From positions 39,804,001-39,868,000 of the forward strand of contig NC_043009.1 of the NCBI RefSeq assembly GCF_006345805.1: a stretch of DNA of 64,000 bases, in the 5' to 3' direction. The notes under the pieces are model-generated. The model did no database searches and was not told where the DNA came from. It saw only the letters and a program-made list of their open reading frames with translations. Source of the stretch: Octopus sinensis. Its lineage: Eukaryota. The position numbers and the translations under genes were made by a program. Below, in pieces: positions 27,246 to 39,542 of this stretch (its first letter is position 1; each line of letters opens with the position of its first letter).

Positions 27246-27401
27246 AATAGTGTACATTGAAACACAACAGAAAACTGCCTTCAAAAGGCAGTTTTTACAC
27301 GCAAGAAGTAGTCAAAACGACGTAGTCTTGATTGTTTTGACTACTTCTAGCGTGTAAATCTGCCTGTTGAAGGCAGTTTTCTCTTGTGTTTAAATGTACA
27401 C

Positions 27402-27405
<4 letters not shown>
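27246..27405. repeat. Fold-back, ~72-bp arms, 15-nt loop
   Basis: Arms 27246-27318 and 27334-27405. Confidence 0.9.
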
Positions 27406-27447
<42 letters not shown>

Positions 27448-27719
27448 TGGATTCTCTCATCGAAGACGATGAATGGGGGTTAAGTAAATAACCTTCAACG
27501 ACTCCTAAGCCCTTTGACACCGCATGTGTATCTTCAATAATAGAAAAAAAAGCACACATCGATGCGCCAAACTTCAGGTGTTATTGAGTGAAAATGGTTT
27601 ACTGAACAACCGGCACTTTGACTTGTTTAAAGTGGTCATTGCTTCTGCTGAACAAAACACACTCTCTCCATCGAATTAACATGGTCTGTACAGGTGCACG
27701 GTGTGCCACATGTCAGATG

Positions 27720-28097
27720 ATAAAACGATCACAGGATTTTCTTGTAAGAGCGTTCCGTCTCCTAGATCAGTTGTGAGTCAACACTAAAGGGTCTGATCCA
27801 CCCAGGTAGGGTTTCTGCGCGCCTGGGCACCATACCAGGTATTTCTAGGTCCTCGCATGACACAGGCCTAAGACATTTATTGTATGGCCGTTGACTCTCA
27901 AGTGTTCCTCCGCCCTTTGACGGGTTTTGTTTTTCATCCCGCAGGGTGTCCAATAAACATCCTCCTCACCAAGCAAGCTTGGTGGGGTTGCCGGTTTAGT
28001 CGCCGACGACCCGACTCACAACGCCCGGTCTGGGAATCGAAACCGCGATCCTACGACCGCGAGTCCGCTGCCCTAACCACTAGGCCATTGTGCCTCC
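27720..28097 (-). mobile_element. tRNA-head SINE with a different, GC-richer body
   Basis: The head at 28020-28097 is nearly identical to 27045-27118. The body is unrelated. Confidence 0.6.
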
Positions 28098-29342
28098 ATA
28101 TATATATATGTATGTATGCATATGTATGTATGCAGACACACACATACACACATACTCCCTCATACACGCATATACATATATGTGTGTATATGCATACGTA
28201 TATAAATGGACAAAGGATGCAAGGAGAAAGAAAATTGCATGCTGCTCATATGAATACGTGTATAAGTCTTTGTGCGCGCCTGTGTATATATGTATATGAA
28301 AATATATTGCAACAGTATATACTGATGTTATATATAAGGTCATGAATGTAAGATATATGAGATATGGAACAGGAAAAAAGGAATATTATTCAGAAAGCTA
28401 ATTTTTTTTTTTTTTTTTTGTGTATAATATTTCCAGTATGTTGATGTGTGTATAAATGCCAACATCGGCTCAACATTTCTGTCATAGCAAGCAGGTTTTA
28501 TTCTGTTCTCGTTTGAAAGGTATTACACAGTCACGTTCAGCAAATGTGTCACTGATTGGCGATATTATTACACTAACTTAACCACATTAAATACATCACC
28601 CAAAACTACTTGTACACTAGGGAAATAATTTGGACTTCATATCCATCTTATCTATTTAATCGTGAAATATAAACCAATTTCCTGTATGCTGTTTAAATAC
28701 AAACGTAATTCTGTGTGGTCCCCACACAAATGTGAAATAAATATATAAAGAAATATATTTAATGGGAAGATGAGAAATTGCATATATCGTGTATAAATCC
28801 AGTTTAACTATTTGTTTTTATAAAGCAACCGATGAAAGCCATGTCATAAACAGAACTTCCGAGAGAGGTTTTGCTACAGGAAGATTGCAGTCAAGGACCC
28901 CGGGGGCAGGGCCGTTTTCCTCAAAATTGTAAGGGACATTTTTTTTTTCTTTTAGAGAGGAGCCCTAAATAAACATATTCATTTATTCATGCGATGTTTT
29001 TCTCTTTTTGTTTTTGCTTTGTTCTCTCTGGGTCCCCCGAAGTAACAGCATTAGAAAGCCTCTCTTACGAGATCTGATCATAGCTGTTATTAAGCATGAT
29101 TCTTTAACAGTTCTTTTATCAGGCTGTATTTGTTATTTATTCCAATCCGAAAATTTAAAAATAAGAACTGGCATCTTCCCGAGCTGGCAAGTGAGTCACT
29201 ATTTAATCGTTCTATAAACAAGATATGATACAGCTTAATATCACTCAAAGCGTACCCTACCGTCTTGAAAATGAGGGAAAAGACATATGCATTAGATATT
29301 TTATCTTTTACTATCCTGGTGTACACTTTGAAGGTTTTAGTC

Positions 29343-29523
29343 CAGGGGTCTCCAAAGTGGTCGATATAGACCCCTGGAGGTCCATGGGACTATTCAAGGG
29401 ATCGACAAAAGCACATCTACTTAATAATTATTATTTGTTTATTTTTTTGTATATGCCTGGGGGTGATGAAGAGTCATGTATTTCATGAAGGGGTCGATGG
29501 TCTAAAACGTTTAAGGATCCCTA
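29343..29523. mobile_element. hAT-type MITE (181 bp)
   Basis: Starts CAGGGGTCTCCAAA with a degenerate right TIR. Exact 8-bp TSD ttttagtc at 29335-29342 and 29524-29531. Confidence 0.8.
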
Positions 29524-29759
29524 TTTTAGTCAATCAAATCTTTCCCAATACTTATTTAAATTCTGGTACTCTCTCTGTGGAATCTCTTCTTCACGAACTG
29601 CAAAGAGCAAAAACAAAAGACAGCCATACTCAACCAGTGAGTTAAGCTCAAACACAGAAACGCATGCAGACGTGCTCATAATTACAGAGGCACGCGTGTG
29701 TATGTGCAATGATGCACGTGCAGCAGACTGCAATAGAGAAGTCTGTTGCACGTGCAACG

Positions 29760-29990
29760 AAGGCGGCGAGCTGGCAGAAAAGTTAGGACACCGGGCGAAA
29801 TGCTTAGCAGTATTTCGTCTGCCGTTATGTTCTGAGTTCAAATTCCGGCGAGGTTGACTTTGCCTTTCATCCTTTCGGGGGTCGATAAATTAAGTACCAG
29901 TTATGCACTGGGGTCGATGTAATCGACTTAATCCTTTTGTCTGTCCTTGTTTGTCCCCTCTATGTTTAGCCCCTTGTGGACAATAAATAA
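29760..29990 (+). mobile_element. SINE family A, single full module
   Basis: aggcggcgagctggcagaa...gagttcaaattcc (B-box-like)...gcctttcatcctttcgggggtcgataaattaagtacc. The central part resembles the Meta-type SINE domain (from memory). Confidence 0.85.
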
Positions 29991-31813
29991 GACTTCAATA
30001 AAGATTTTTCAACCAAATTCATACAGAAAGTATTATCCAGCCCTGTGCAACAATAGCAGATATTTTCCCAAGGTGTCATACAGTCGGATTCAATCTATAT
30101 GTGATTGCACAGCGAGTGAAAACGAAAAACAGCAAGTCATTGCTAGAATGCATTTGGTCATCGACCAGGACTGGCCAGGGGTTAAACATCAACAACATCA
30201 ACAACAATAACAACTGCCACCTCTGCCGTTATTCTCCTCATCGTTAGATTTTCCACTATTTCCCAACTTATATCTACCACACATTTTGCTCTGTGGGTAG
30301 GGTTCCCAGATGTCACTCTGAACTTACGTTATGCTTCACAATATACACTCCGCTTTCTTTTTTCTTTTCCTAGTACTCATCTCAAATTTCTTCCGAGTTC
30401 GTAAAAAGCAGGAGATACTTCAAACTGTTAAAACATTCTATTTAATAAATACAGTCACATACAGCATGGATGGCGTTCGAGAGAGTCTGCTATAGGCAAA
30501 AGATGCGGATCATTTGCGTGTCCCATAGAACGAACTCTTTCTTTATTTGCCACACTGGGCATAATGAAGATTAGACAGTACAAGGACAGACAAACATAGA
30601 GAGTTCATGCTTTCCTTTTTTGAAATTCCGATTAAAAATCAATTTCGACTTTTAAAATTTCGATTCAAAATTAATAAAATTATAGATAAATATTTACATA
30701 TATCATGTGAAAGTTACCCAGGCTCATGGGCCCACCGCCGTTGACTGATGTTTCCTTCTATTCCGGTTGGATGGTTGAGCTTAGCCGGCTCTATTCATCC
30801 TCAAACTTCTCTCCACATTCTGCCATCTTTTACGAAAGGTGCTCTGCGTCAAGTATCTCTTTTTAAGCCTGATTTTACTTTTTAAGGTGGTAGTTAAAGG
30901 AACTTGTTGACAAACAACTGCAGTAATTGTATTCACCTCAATAGACGTCATTGATTGGTTGAAATTGCCCGAAATACGAGAAATTTAACAACAAATAGCT
31001 TACAAACTACAGAATTTTTTCAATAACGACAAGAGAAAAATATGTTTTATGTGACACATTCTACCGGTCAAAGTGAAAAGATCCTAATGGAGATTTACAT
31101 CCTAGTCTTTCTCTGCATGTGTGTGTGTGAAAAAGAAGACAGCATGTTTTCCCGGTAATTTTCCTCCGCTCGCTTGTCTCAACAACAATCTTGATATCTT
31201 CAGGATGTGTATACCGACAACAACCGTTGGGCATTCAGTGAAGAATTTTACAGATGTTCGGCAGATATTTCAAATAAATGTAAGCTCGTTTCTTAATGTT
31301 TGCTCAGTTTGTCAGTAATGAAGCAAAGAATTGGTGCAAATATATTATTGCTTATTAATGATAAATAATTTATTTCATTTAATTTTTAAATTAAATTTGC
31401 TTCTTCCACAATATTTTCTCTGGTAATATTTTCAGACAAAACACTTTCGATATTAATTGTCAATCATCGATACGTGAACTAATTAGATATATATTAAATA
31501 TATTACATTAGACAAATAACTGAAACAGAAAGCAAAATTAAATAATTAAAGATGATTAGTGGACAGGCGTACTCACGCGGGTGCGGTTAAGAAACAATAT
31601 TTGAAACCAGGTGGTTTCAGTTTCAGTCGCGCTTCACAGCATGTCGAGTCTTCTTTATCGTTCATCCTTCCAATGTCGATAAAATAAATACCAGACAAAC
31701 TAATGGTGTCCATATGCCCTGCCAAACTTACAAACGTGATGTCACAGCATGGCCGCGACAACCTATTGACTGAAACTAGTTAAAAAAAAAAGAATTGAGA
31801 AACAGAAATATAT

Positions 31814-32007
31814 GGCGCATGTGTGGCTGTGTAGTAAGAACCGTGCATTCCAACCGTATGGTTCCGGGTTTATTCCTACTGTTGCACCTACGGTTGTCTT
31901 TTGCAACAGCCTCAGGACGACCAAAGCCTTGCGAGTGGATTTAGAAGACGGAAACTGATAGAAACCCGTTGTGTGTATGTATGTAGTTACTGTATAATAT
32001 ATATATC

Positions 32008-32043
<36 letters not shown>

Positions 32044-32063
32044 GCATTATATTATATATATAT

Positions 32064-32094
<31 letters not shown>

Positions 32095-32345
32095 TATGTA
32101 TAAATACATGTGCGTGTGTTTCTTTCCGTCAGTATTTGCTCTCCGCCTCCTAGTTGACAACCTGTGCTGGTGAGTTTACGTCCCCATAACTTAGCAGCTC
32201 GGCAAATGAGACCCACAGAATAAGTACCAGGTTTTCAAAAACTTTTTGGGTTGATGCATTCGACTAAAACTTTTTCAAAGCGGTGCCCCAGCATGGCCGT
32301 AATCTGATGACAGAAAGAAGCAAAAGATAAAAAGTTGAAACATAT
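31814..32345 (+). mobile_element. SINE family B with expanded internal microsatellite
   Basis: Head ggcgcatgtgtggctgtgtagtaag; tail ggtgccccagcatggccg. Confidence 0.8.
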
Positions 32346-33062
32346 AAATAAATAAACAGAATATGCTCGATAACGTACAGGAATGCTGGCGTAGGAATTG
32401 ATAGCTTTTAGAGCTAAAGATATTGTATTTGATAACAGACCAAGGACTGAAATTCAAAACAATTGATAGCGATCAAATGTTTAAAATGTCTGAGAGGAGT
32501 TTTTGTCAATGAGATTATAATTATTCGGATTAATAACCACATCGTTAGAGATGAAACAGAAATTAATATTTAATAGTTGATATTAAAAAATATTGTTTCA
32601 TCTTTAACGATGAGGTTAATAGATTGAAAAATTGTAATCCTATTAATTGATTGTATTATCAAATTACGTTTCGTGGGGATGGGTTTCCGTTGGCTACTTA
32701 ACAGATCTTGTCTTGGGGTAGTTCGGAAACTTCATTCTATCAGTTTACTCATATGATTTATTCTTTATCCTCATTATGTTAATTAGATAAAGGGGTCATA
32801 AAACAACATAGCAAAATAACACAGGAAATTACAAATAGAATTTCAAACGCTTTACACTTTACATGCGCCACCCGTATACAGTAAAGAGAATGCACTTTAT
32901 TATGATTAGGGTATTTGCGCTAGGCTTTAATGTCATTGGGTGGTTATGTCACAAATAATGAACAAAGTTAACACACTCAAGTTGGTAAAAATTTTAAGGG
33001 CTAAGAACTCGTGTTTTGAATTCTATATTGCTGTTTGTGTCAAAAAATCGAAAAACTTAATG

Positions 33063-33097
<35 letters not shown>

Positions 33098-33102
33098 GTA
33101 GC

Positions 33103-33150
33103 AAAAACTGTCTGATGAACGGCAACGAGAAACTCAGAGTAACAGATTTT
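33103..33150 (+). ncRNA. Intact compact type I hammerhead ribozyme
   Basis: AAAAACUGU-CUGAUGA(33112)-A-CG-GCAA-CG-A-GAAA(33129)-CUC-A-GAG-UA(33141)-ACAGAUUUU. Stem I extends to 11 bp with one A.A mismatch. Confidence 0.85.
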
Positions 33151-33178
33151 GCTGAATTTTCTGCTGCTTAAAATAAAG

Positions 33179-33216
<38 letters not shown>

Positions 33217-33294
33217 CGCGGGCATGTGTGTTTGTGCATGTGTGTGTGTGTGCATGTGTGTGTGTGCGTGCGTGTGTGTTTGTATGTGTATGTA

Positions 33295-33996
33295 TACAAT
33301 GTGTATTCCAAAAGTTTTGAGATTTCATCGAGAGAGACAGTTATTAACTTCAAAATACAAAACTCTAATTTCGTTCAAAGTAGGCTCCTCTCACTTTAAT
33401 ACACTTGTTTTAGCGCTTCACTCGCTTGGCGAAGGCCTCATGGAAGTCTTCCAAACTAAAGGTATCCAGGACTCTTGTTCCAACCTCCTTTATCTTCAAA
33501 CCGACTGAGACTGAGATGCTATTTCAGCATGGGGAACAACCAAAAGTAAAAAGAAGCAACACCTGGACTGTGGGTGGGGTGAATGAATCATTTGGTACCC
33601 ATCTCTATCCTGATAGTTGACTATCAGGATGAAAATGTGAACTGATTCATTGTACGAATTTTGCACAAATTCAGCTCTTCATGAACGATTCAGTGTACAG
33701 TTGTCACACCAACTCCAAACCGTATGCTTACTGTCTTTGTGGTCGTATGAGAGTTTCAACAAGCTCTGGTGTTCTGACTTCCAGCCCTGTGCAATAAAAA
33801 ATTATTGCATAACGAGCGTTTAAATTGGCTTCACGTGTCGCTGTTACAGCCGTTTCCTTCAATCTGAAATAACTACAGTTGTCAGGTCAACTTATCAAAT
33901 GTATATTAATGATATACTAAAGTTACAATAATCTAGGACAGTTATAACTGCCTCTTCTAAAAAAAAAGCCTCAAAACTTCAGGAATGCACATCATA
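33295..33996 (-). mobile_element. Internally deleted mariner element with TIRs
   Basis: TIRs tacaatgtgtattccaaaagttttgag and (reverse complement) tatgatgtgcattcctgaagttttgag, TA-flanked. Residual GVTTVH*IVHEELN and FHEAFAKRVKR*NKCIKVRGAYFE. Confidence 0.8.
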
Positions 33997-34167
33997 TACA
34001 TACATACTTACCTACATACACACACACACACATATACATACATATACATACATATACATATATAGATAAATGCATGCATACAAACATACATATATATATA
34101 TTTATGATATACTAAAATCATATATATATATATATATATATATAGATATATATATATATAACATACA

Positions 34168-34562
34168 TATTCTTTTACTCGTTTCAACCATGAGGCTGCA
34201 GTCATGGTGGAGCACTACTGTGGTTTTGCTGATTTCCTCTGTCTGGGATTTTTCACATCACCATTCCTGTATGTGCTTTTCGTCCAAGCTGTTGGCCCAG
34301 TTGGTGTATAAGGGAGTTCGATTCTGCTGCCCTCGTCTGTACCTCATGTCCGGCCGTTGGTTCATCCGGAATTGTGGAGAGAAAGATGTCTAGTTCCATT
34401 TTGAAGACATTTGCTTCCACTTTATGCAAGTTTCTTAATTTTTAGTGGATGGGCATTGAATCCTACACTATTGCAGTACCTGATCCTGAGTGTAGAGAGT
34501 GTGGATGGTCCCTAGGTACAATATAATGGTGGACAATTCCAGCATTTTATAACACTCAATGC
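34168..34562 (-). mobile_element. CR1-like LINE 3' end
   Basis: EANVFKMELDIFLSTIPDEPTAGHEVQTRAAESNSLIHQ, followed by the tail gtgctccaccatgactgcagcc...gagtaaaagaata. Confidence 0.75.
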
Positions 34563-34669
34563 CGAAATTAAGTACAAGTCTTTTTAGAGTTTTCCACGTA
34601 ACCATATGTGGATCGTTAGCGATTTCTTCCCTCAGTCTTCCTTTTCCCTTGTATTCTTCTCTGTCTCCT

Positions 34670-34704
34670 GTTTCTGACGAAGAGCTTTGCTCGAAATGTA
34701 AAAC
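34670..34704 (+). ncRNA. Minimal (Penelope-type) type I HHR
   Basis: GUUU-CUGACGA-A-GAGC-UUU-GCUC-GAAA-UG-UA-AAAC. Confidence 0.75.
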
Positions 34705-34821
34705 TACCTTTCTTTCCTTCCTTGAGCGTGTTCTAATAATTTACATGTACCACGTCCTCGCGCCGTTGTTTTTTCCTTGTTATGTTTTTTCTTTCTTCCT
34801 TTTTTGAGGAATTAACTATAT

Positions 34822-34864
<43 letters not shown>

Positions 34865-35212
34865 TTAGGAGTGTATACAGATAGGTTATTTCCAATGAAC
34901 ATTCAACCGGGTTCTGCGCTCAAGCCCGATCAGATTGAGACTAATACAGTAATTCTTTGGGTGTAGAAAATCCTGGTTTCACGACGGTAAAACCGTTGTT
35001 TGGGTTTAGAGAAGAGAGAAATATAATCCATAAAATGAGACAAAGAATACTATAACACATCTTTAAAGACCGGTTACAACGGTTTTTATACCAACACTGC
35101 TTACAACACCAGTTTTAGACATTATAGAGGCATTTCATCCGACTTGCGTCAAAGATGTATGTGAATGTGTACGTGAACGTTAGAGTGGTTGTCTGTGAGT
35201 ATATATATATAA

Positions 35213-35248
<36 letters not shown>

Positions 35249-35332
35249 AAATCCAGGGAAACAAAAAAACAACAACAACAGGAACAATTACATATTATTA
35301 TTAATAGGCGCTCAGGAGATGGAAGCAGGGAG

Positions 35333-35367
35333 GTATGACGTTTCGAGCGGAGCTCTTCGTCGGAAAC
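35333..35367 (-). ncRNA. Minimal HHR, same family, U4C mutated
   Basis: GUUU-CCGACGA-A-GAGC-UCC-GCUC-GAAA-CG-UC-AUAC. Confidence 0.6.
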
Positions 35368-35799
35368 ATAAAGAAGGAAGAGAGGAAAGAAAGATCCCAG
35401 AGCTGCCCAGGGAAAGAGAAAAAAGAACGACTGGTGTTTACGAGTTGCACACACAACAATATACAGATATATGTGCGTGCACGTGTGTAAGTGTGTGTGT
35501 TTGTCGGCATAAGTGTGTGTGTGTGTGTGCGTATGTGTTTGTGTGTATGTGTGTGTGTGTGCGTGTGTGTGTAAAGATTTCAAAGTAGTAAAGGCGTTAA
35601 TACGCCCAAAATAAATATTAAGAAATTGTTTTGCTAAAATCTACGGCTGACTCAGTCACACGATATTGTCAAAAGAATAAAAGATTAGAATCGCAGTTGT
35701 TGAATAGTTAATAAAAGGTTAGAATATTTTTAGGGTGGAGTTTTAAACTGTAAGGCTTTCAAGTTGTATACGCTTCGAATTTCAGTGACAACGGCAAAG

Positions 35800-36245
35800 A
35801 ATGATGATGGTGAGAAGAAGAAAAGAAGAAGAAGAAGAAGAAGAAGAAGAAGAAGAAGAAGAGAAGAAGAAGAAGAAGAAGAAGAAGAAGAAGAGAAGAA
35901 GACGAATAAGAAGACGAAGAAGAAAGAAGAAGAAAAGAAGAAGAAAGAAGAAGAAGAAGAAGAAGAAGAAAAGACGATGATGATAAAGAAGAGGATACGA
36001 TGTAGAAGAAGGGGGAGTAGGAGGCGAAGAAGAAGAAAGCAATGAGAAAGAAAGAAAATTAGAGGTAAGGAGGAGAAACGAGTGTGGAGTTGAAGTGGAA
36101 GAAAGAAGAAGAAGAAGAAGAAGAAGAAGAAGAAGAAAGAAGAAGAAGAAGAAGAAGAAGACAGAAAAAGGAGATGGAAGAAGACAGAAAAAGGAGATGG
36201 AAGAAGAAGAAAGGACAAAAGAGGAAGAGGAGAGGGATGCAGAAG
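35800..36245. repeat. (GAA)n purine tract
   Basis: Directly visible. Confidence 0.95.
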
Positions 36246-36944
36246 AGGCGGGAAATGGGTTAATTCATATTAAAAATTTTCTCTTTCGTCCATCATTTTT
36301 CAAATTGCAACTGGATTTTTAAGGGATGGAAGTGAAAGTAAAGCTACTAAGTGATAGAGATACATAAATGTTAAGAGTGGGGGATAAATGGAGGGTGGGG
36401 AAAGCAAAGAAAGAAAGAAGGAAGGAAGGAAGAAGTATAGAAGGTAAATAAGGAGATAAGGTCAAGTATCGAGGCGTTAATTTATCATAAAAACATTGGG
36501 AAAGTTGAGTGCTATTGTTTTGACAAAGTTTGTTCATCCTCATAAATAAAATTAAGATAATGTGGTTTAACAGCGATTCGTAAAGATCGATAAAGTTATA
36601 GCTTTCAAAAGTGATGGATGAATGTAGCAGCGCGAGCTAAGGACTGTTATTATTTTAATTCAGTTGTTCAAATATATTACTTACGAAGAAGGATTAATAT
36701 TAATGATGGTACGATGATAATGATGATGATGATGATGATGATGATTATAAGGATGATAGCGGTTTCAAATTTTCGCTCGCCGCGAGCAAGTTCAGAGAAA
36801 GAGGTAAAGCAATTACATCGACCCTAGTACTTAACTGGTAGTTATTTTTATCAACTCCGAAAGGATGAAAAGCTCCGCTGCACATTTTAGCCGGTGTGCT
36901 AACGATTCCGCCAGCTCACACCGTTGAAAATATTAATCCTTAAG

Positions 36945-37525
36945 GCGACGAGCTGGCAGAAACGTTAGCACGCCGAGCGAAATGCCTAGAGGTATTTCGT
37001 CTTCCGTTACGTTCTGAGTTCAAATTCCACCTTGGTCGACTTTGCCTTTCATCCTTTCGGGGTCGATAAATTAAGTACCAGTTACGCACTGGGGTCGATG
37101 TAATCGACTTAATCCGTTTGTCTGTCCTTGTTTGTCCTCTCTGTGTTTAGCCCCTTGTGGGTAGTAAAGAAATAGGTATTTCGTCTGTCTTTACGTTCTA
37201 AGTCCAAATTCCGCCGAGGTCGACTTTGCCTTTCATCCTTTCGGGGTCGACAAATTAAGTACCAGTTACGCATTGGAGTCGATATAATCGAATTAATCCG
37301 TTTGTCTGTCCTTGTTTGTCTCCTCTGTGTTTAGCCCCTTGTGGGTAGTAAAGAAATAGGTATTTCGTCTGTCTTTACGTTCTAAGTCCAAATTCCGCCG
37401 ATGTCAACTTTGCCTTTCATCCTTTCATGGGTTGATAAATTAAGTACCATTTGCGTACTAGGGTCGAGGTAATCGACTATCCCCCTCCCGCCAAATTTCG
37501 GGCCTTGTGCCTAGTGTAGAAAGGA
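36945..37525 (+). mobile_element. SINE family A with three tandem 184-bp modules
   Basis: tttgcctttcatcc at 37041, 37225 and 37409. One head and one alternative tail. Confidence 0.85.
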
Positions 37526-37534
37526 TTATATATA

Positions 37535-38079
37535 TACTAGCAGTATATCCCGGCGTTGCTCGGGTTTGTTTTTTGAGTTGCGCTTAAAACGGCAGACTTT
37601 GATGTCGCGTTAATAAAGTTTTGACGTAGTTTCAAGCTATGAATAAAAGTATAGTGTGCCGATACTCGAGCTTGCTCTGAATGTGCATTGGATCAGCTGA
37701 TCCGTCGTTCGCTCAAAACCAATGACATCACACAAAAAATTCTTTTCGACCCTTTAAAATTGGAATTTTTGAAAAGTAAAAATTTTGCATTATGTAGCTA
37801 GTTATTCTCTTTAAGTGAACATTTTTCTAGTTGAAATACACCGAAAAATGGCGACACAGTAGTAAAAAAATCGTAAAAAATGGATTTTCATAGAAAAAAA
37901 CAATTTTTTTATGTAAATAATTTTTGGTCCGATTTGAATTTCTTTTCTGCCGAATGAAGAACAAACCTTCTTCTATCATACTCTCAATTCTGGTCAACTT
38001 GCGCCGCAGGGTCTCAGAGGAGATAGTGTTAGTTGAAGGCTAGCAAATCTGCCACACACATACACACAGATAACTTCAG

Positions 38080-38139
<60 letters not shown>

Positions 38140-38204
38140 ATATATATATATATATTTGTGTGTGTGTGTGTGTGTGTGTGTGTTGTGTGTGTGTGTGTAT
38201 AGAT
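37535..38204 (+). mobile_element. DINE-1/HINE-like non-autonomous Helitron-related element
   Basis: Starts atACTAGcagtatatCCCGgcgttgctCGGG (hairpin). Ends with cacacacag..ttcagctttatata, a microsatellite and atagat. Confidence 0.6.
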
Positions 38205-38632
38205 GTACAATTATCAAGGTGGCTAGTCGCAATTTATAACCTAAAGGCAAAATTTAATCGTCTTATCAAAGTCGGTGCAGACTTGCATTCTAGTCACTTT
38301 CAGTGACGATTAAATCCTGCCTTTTGGTTTTAATTCGCATCTATCCACCTTACTAATTTAATAAATTACACCATACCATTTTACTGAATCAGCTATCGAT
38401 TTCTGCGATATTTTTTATATATACTAACCAGGATCTCAGGTTACCCATTGGCAACGGCGTAACGTCACCTATGCGGATTAATTCTATCCGAAATCGGCCG
38501 GCCGATATTTTGCACTCGTTTGCTGTATGAGGTTGACTCCCTTGTCAATAAATAGAAATTGTGCTCTGTTCGTGGCTAAGAGTTCTTTTACTCTTATTTC
38601 AAGCAATTTTAGTGAAGATTAAATTTTATATA

Positions 38633-38680
<48 letters not shown>

Positions 38681-38802
38681 ATATAATTTAGATTCAGTTG
38701 AATTAGATACTTAAGTCGAAGTACCAAGTCAGTCCGGTATTATCCGTGCAGGTCGAAGTAAGGTGAATAAAATCAAAATAAGCAACAGGATATCAAGAAG
38801 TG

Positions 38803-38890
38803 ATGCAGTACAACCGTTTCAAGCAACTCCATTTGATTTAACAATTGAATCATTGCATCAATTTAAATGCAGTGCTATCATCAGCTGCAC
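38803..38890 (-). ncRNA. Type I HHR (left arm)
   Basis: GUGCAG-CUGAUGA-U-AGCA...UGCU-U-GAAA-CGGUUG-UA-CUGCAU. Confidence 0.85.
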
Positions 38891-39454
38891 AAATAAATAG
38901 AATTTTAACTAGTTGGACACATTAATATAATTTTTCTCAAATACTTTAACAGAACAAGAAGATGGAAGAAATTCATGTTGTCGCTGCTGTAGCTAAGAAT
39001 AGACTACACTTCCAAGAATGGCATGAAGCCCACTGGAGTCATAGGGAGTAAAGGATTGTGGTTAATTTCTAATTTATGTGTCTTTGTATCAACTACTAAA
39101 TTTAAGACTAGATGATTGCGTCTGTTTAGAATGAAGGGCAAGAGTGTGTTGACAGCTCATGGCTAGGAATGGTCATAAATAATGTCATATGTATACCTTT
39201 TCATCAGGGAGGGAAGAAGACATCAGGAGTGGTAAATTAGATGATAAAAAACAGTCTAGAAAAGAGGGCTGGGCAGGTGAAGACTCTAAATCCTGATGCT
39301 AATAACCAGTTAAAGCTATGACCCCAGTGGGCTTTATGCCATTCTAGGAAGTGTAGTCTATTTTTAGCTACAATAGCGACAATATAAATTTGTTCCATCT
39401 TCTTCGAGAAAAAACTATATTAATGTACCCAACTGGTTAAAATTCTATTTATTT

Positions 39455-39542
39455 ATGCAGCTGATGATAGCACCGCATTTAAATTGATGTTATGAGTGCA
39501 TTGTCCAATTAAAAGGCATCGCTTGAAATGGTCGTACTGCAT
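39455..39542 (+). ncRNA. Type I HHR (right arm)
   Basis: AUGCAG-CUGAUGA(39461)-U-AGC...GCU-U-GAAA(39525)-UGGUCG-UA(39536)-CUGCAU. Confidence 0.85.

Noticed and set aside
27760-28020. HDV-like ribozyme in a putative LINE 5' UTR
   Set aside because: I could not assemble P1/P1.1/P2/P3 by eye. It needs an RNArobo search.
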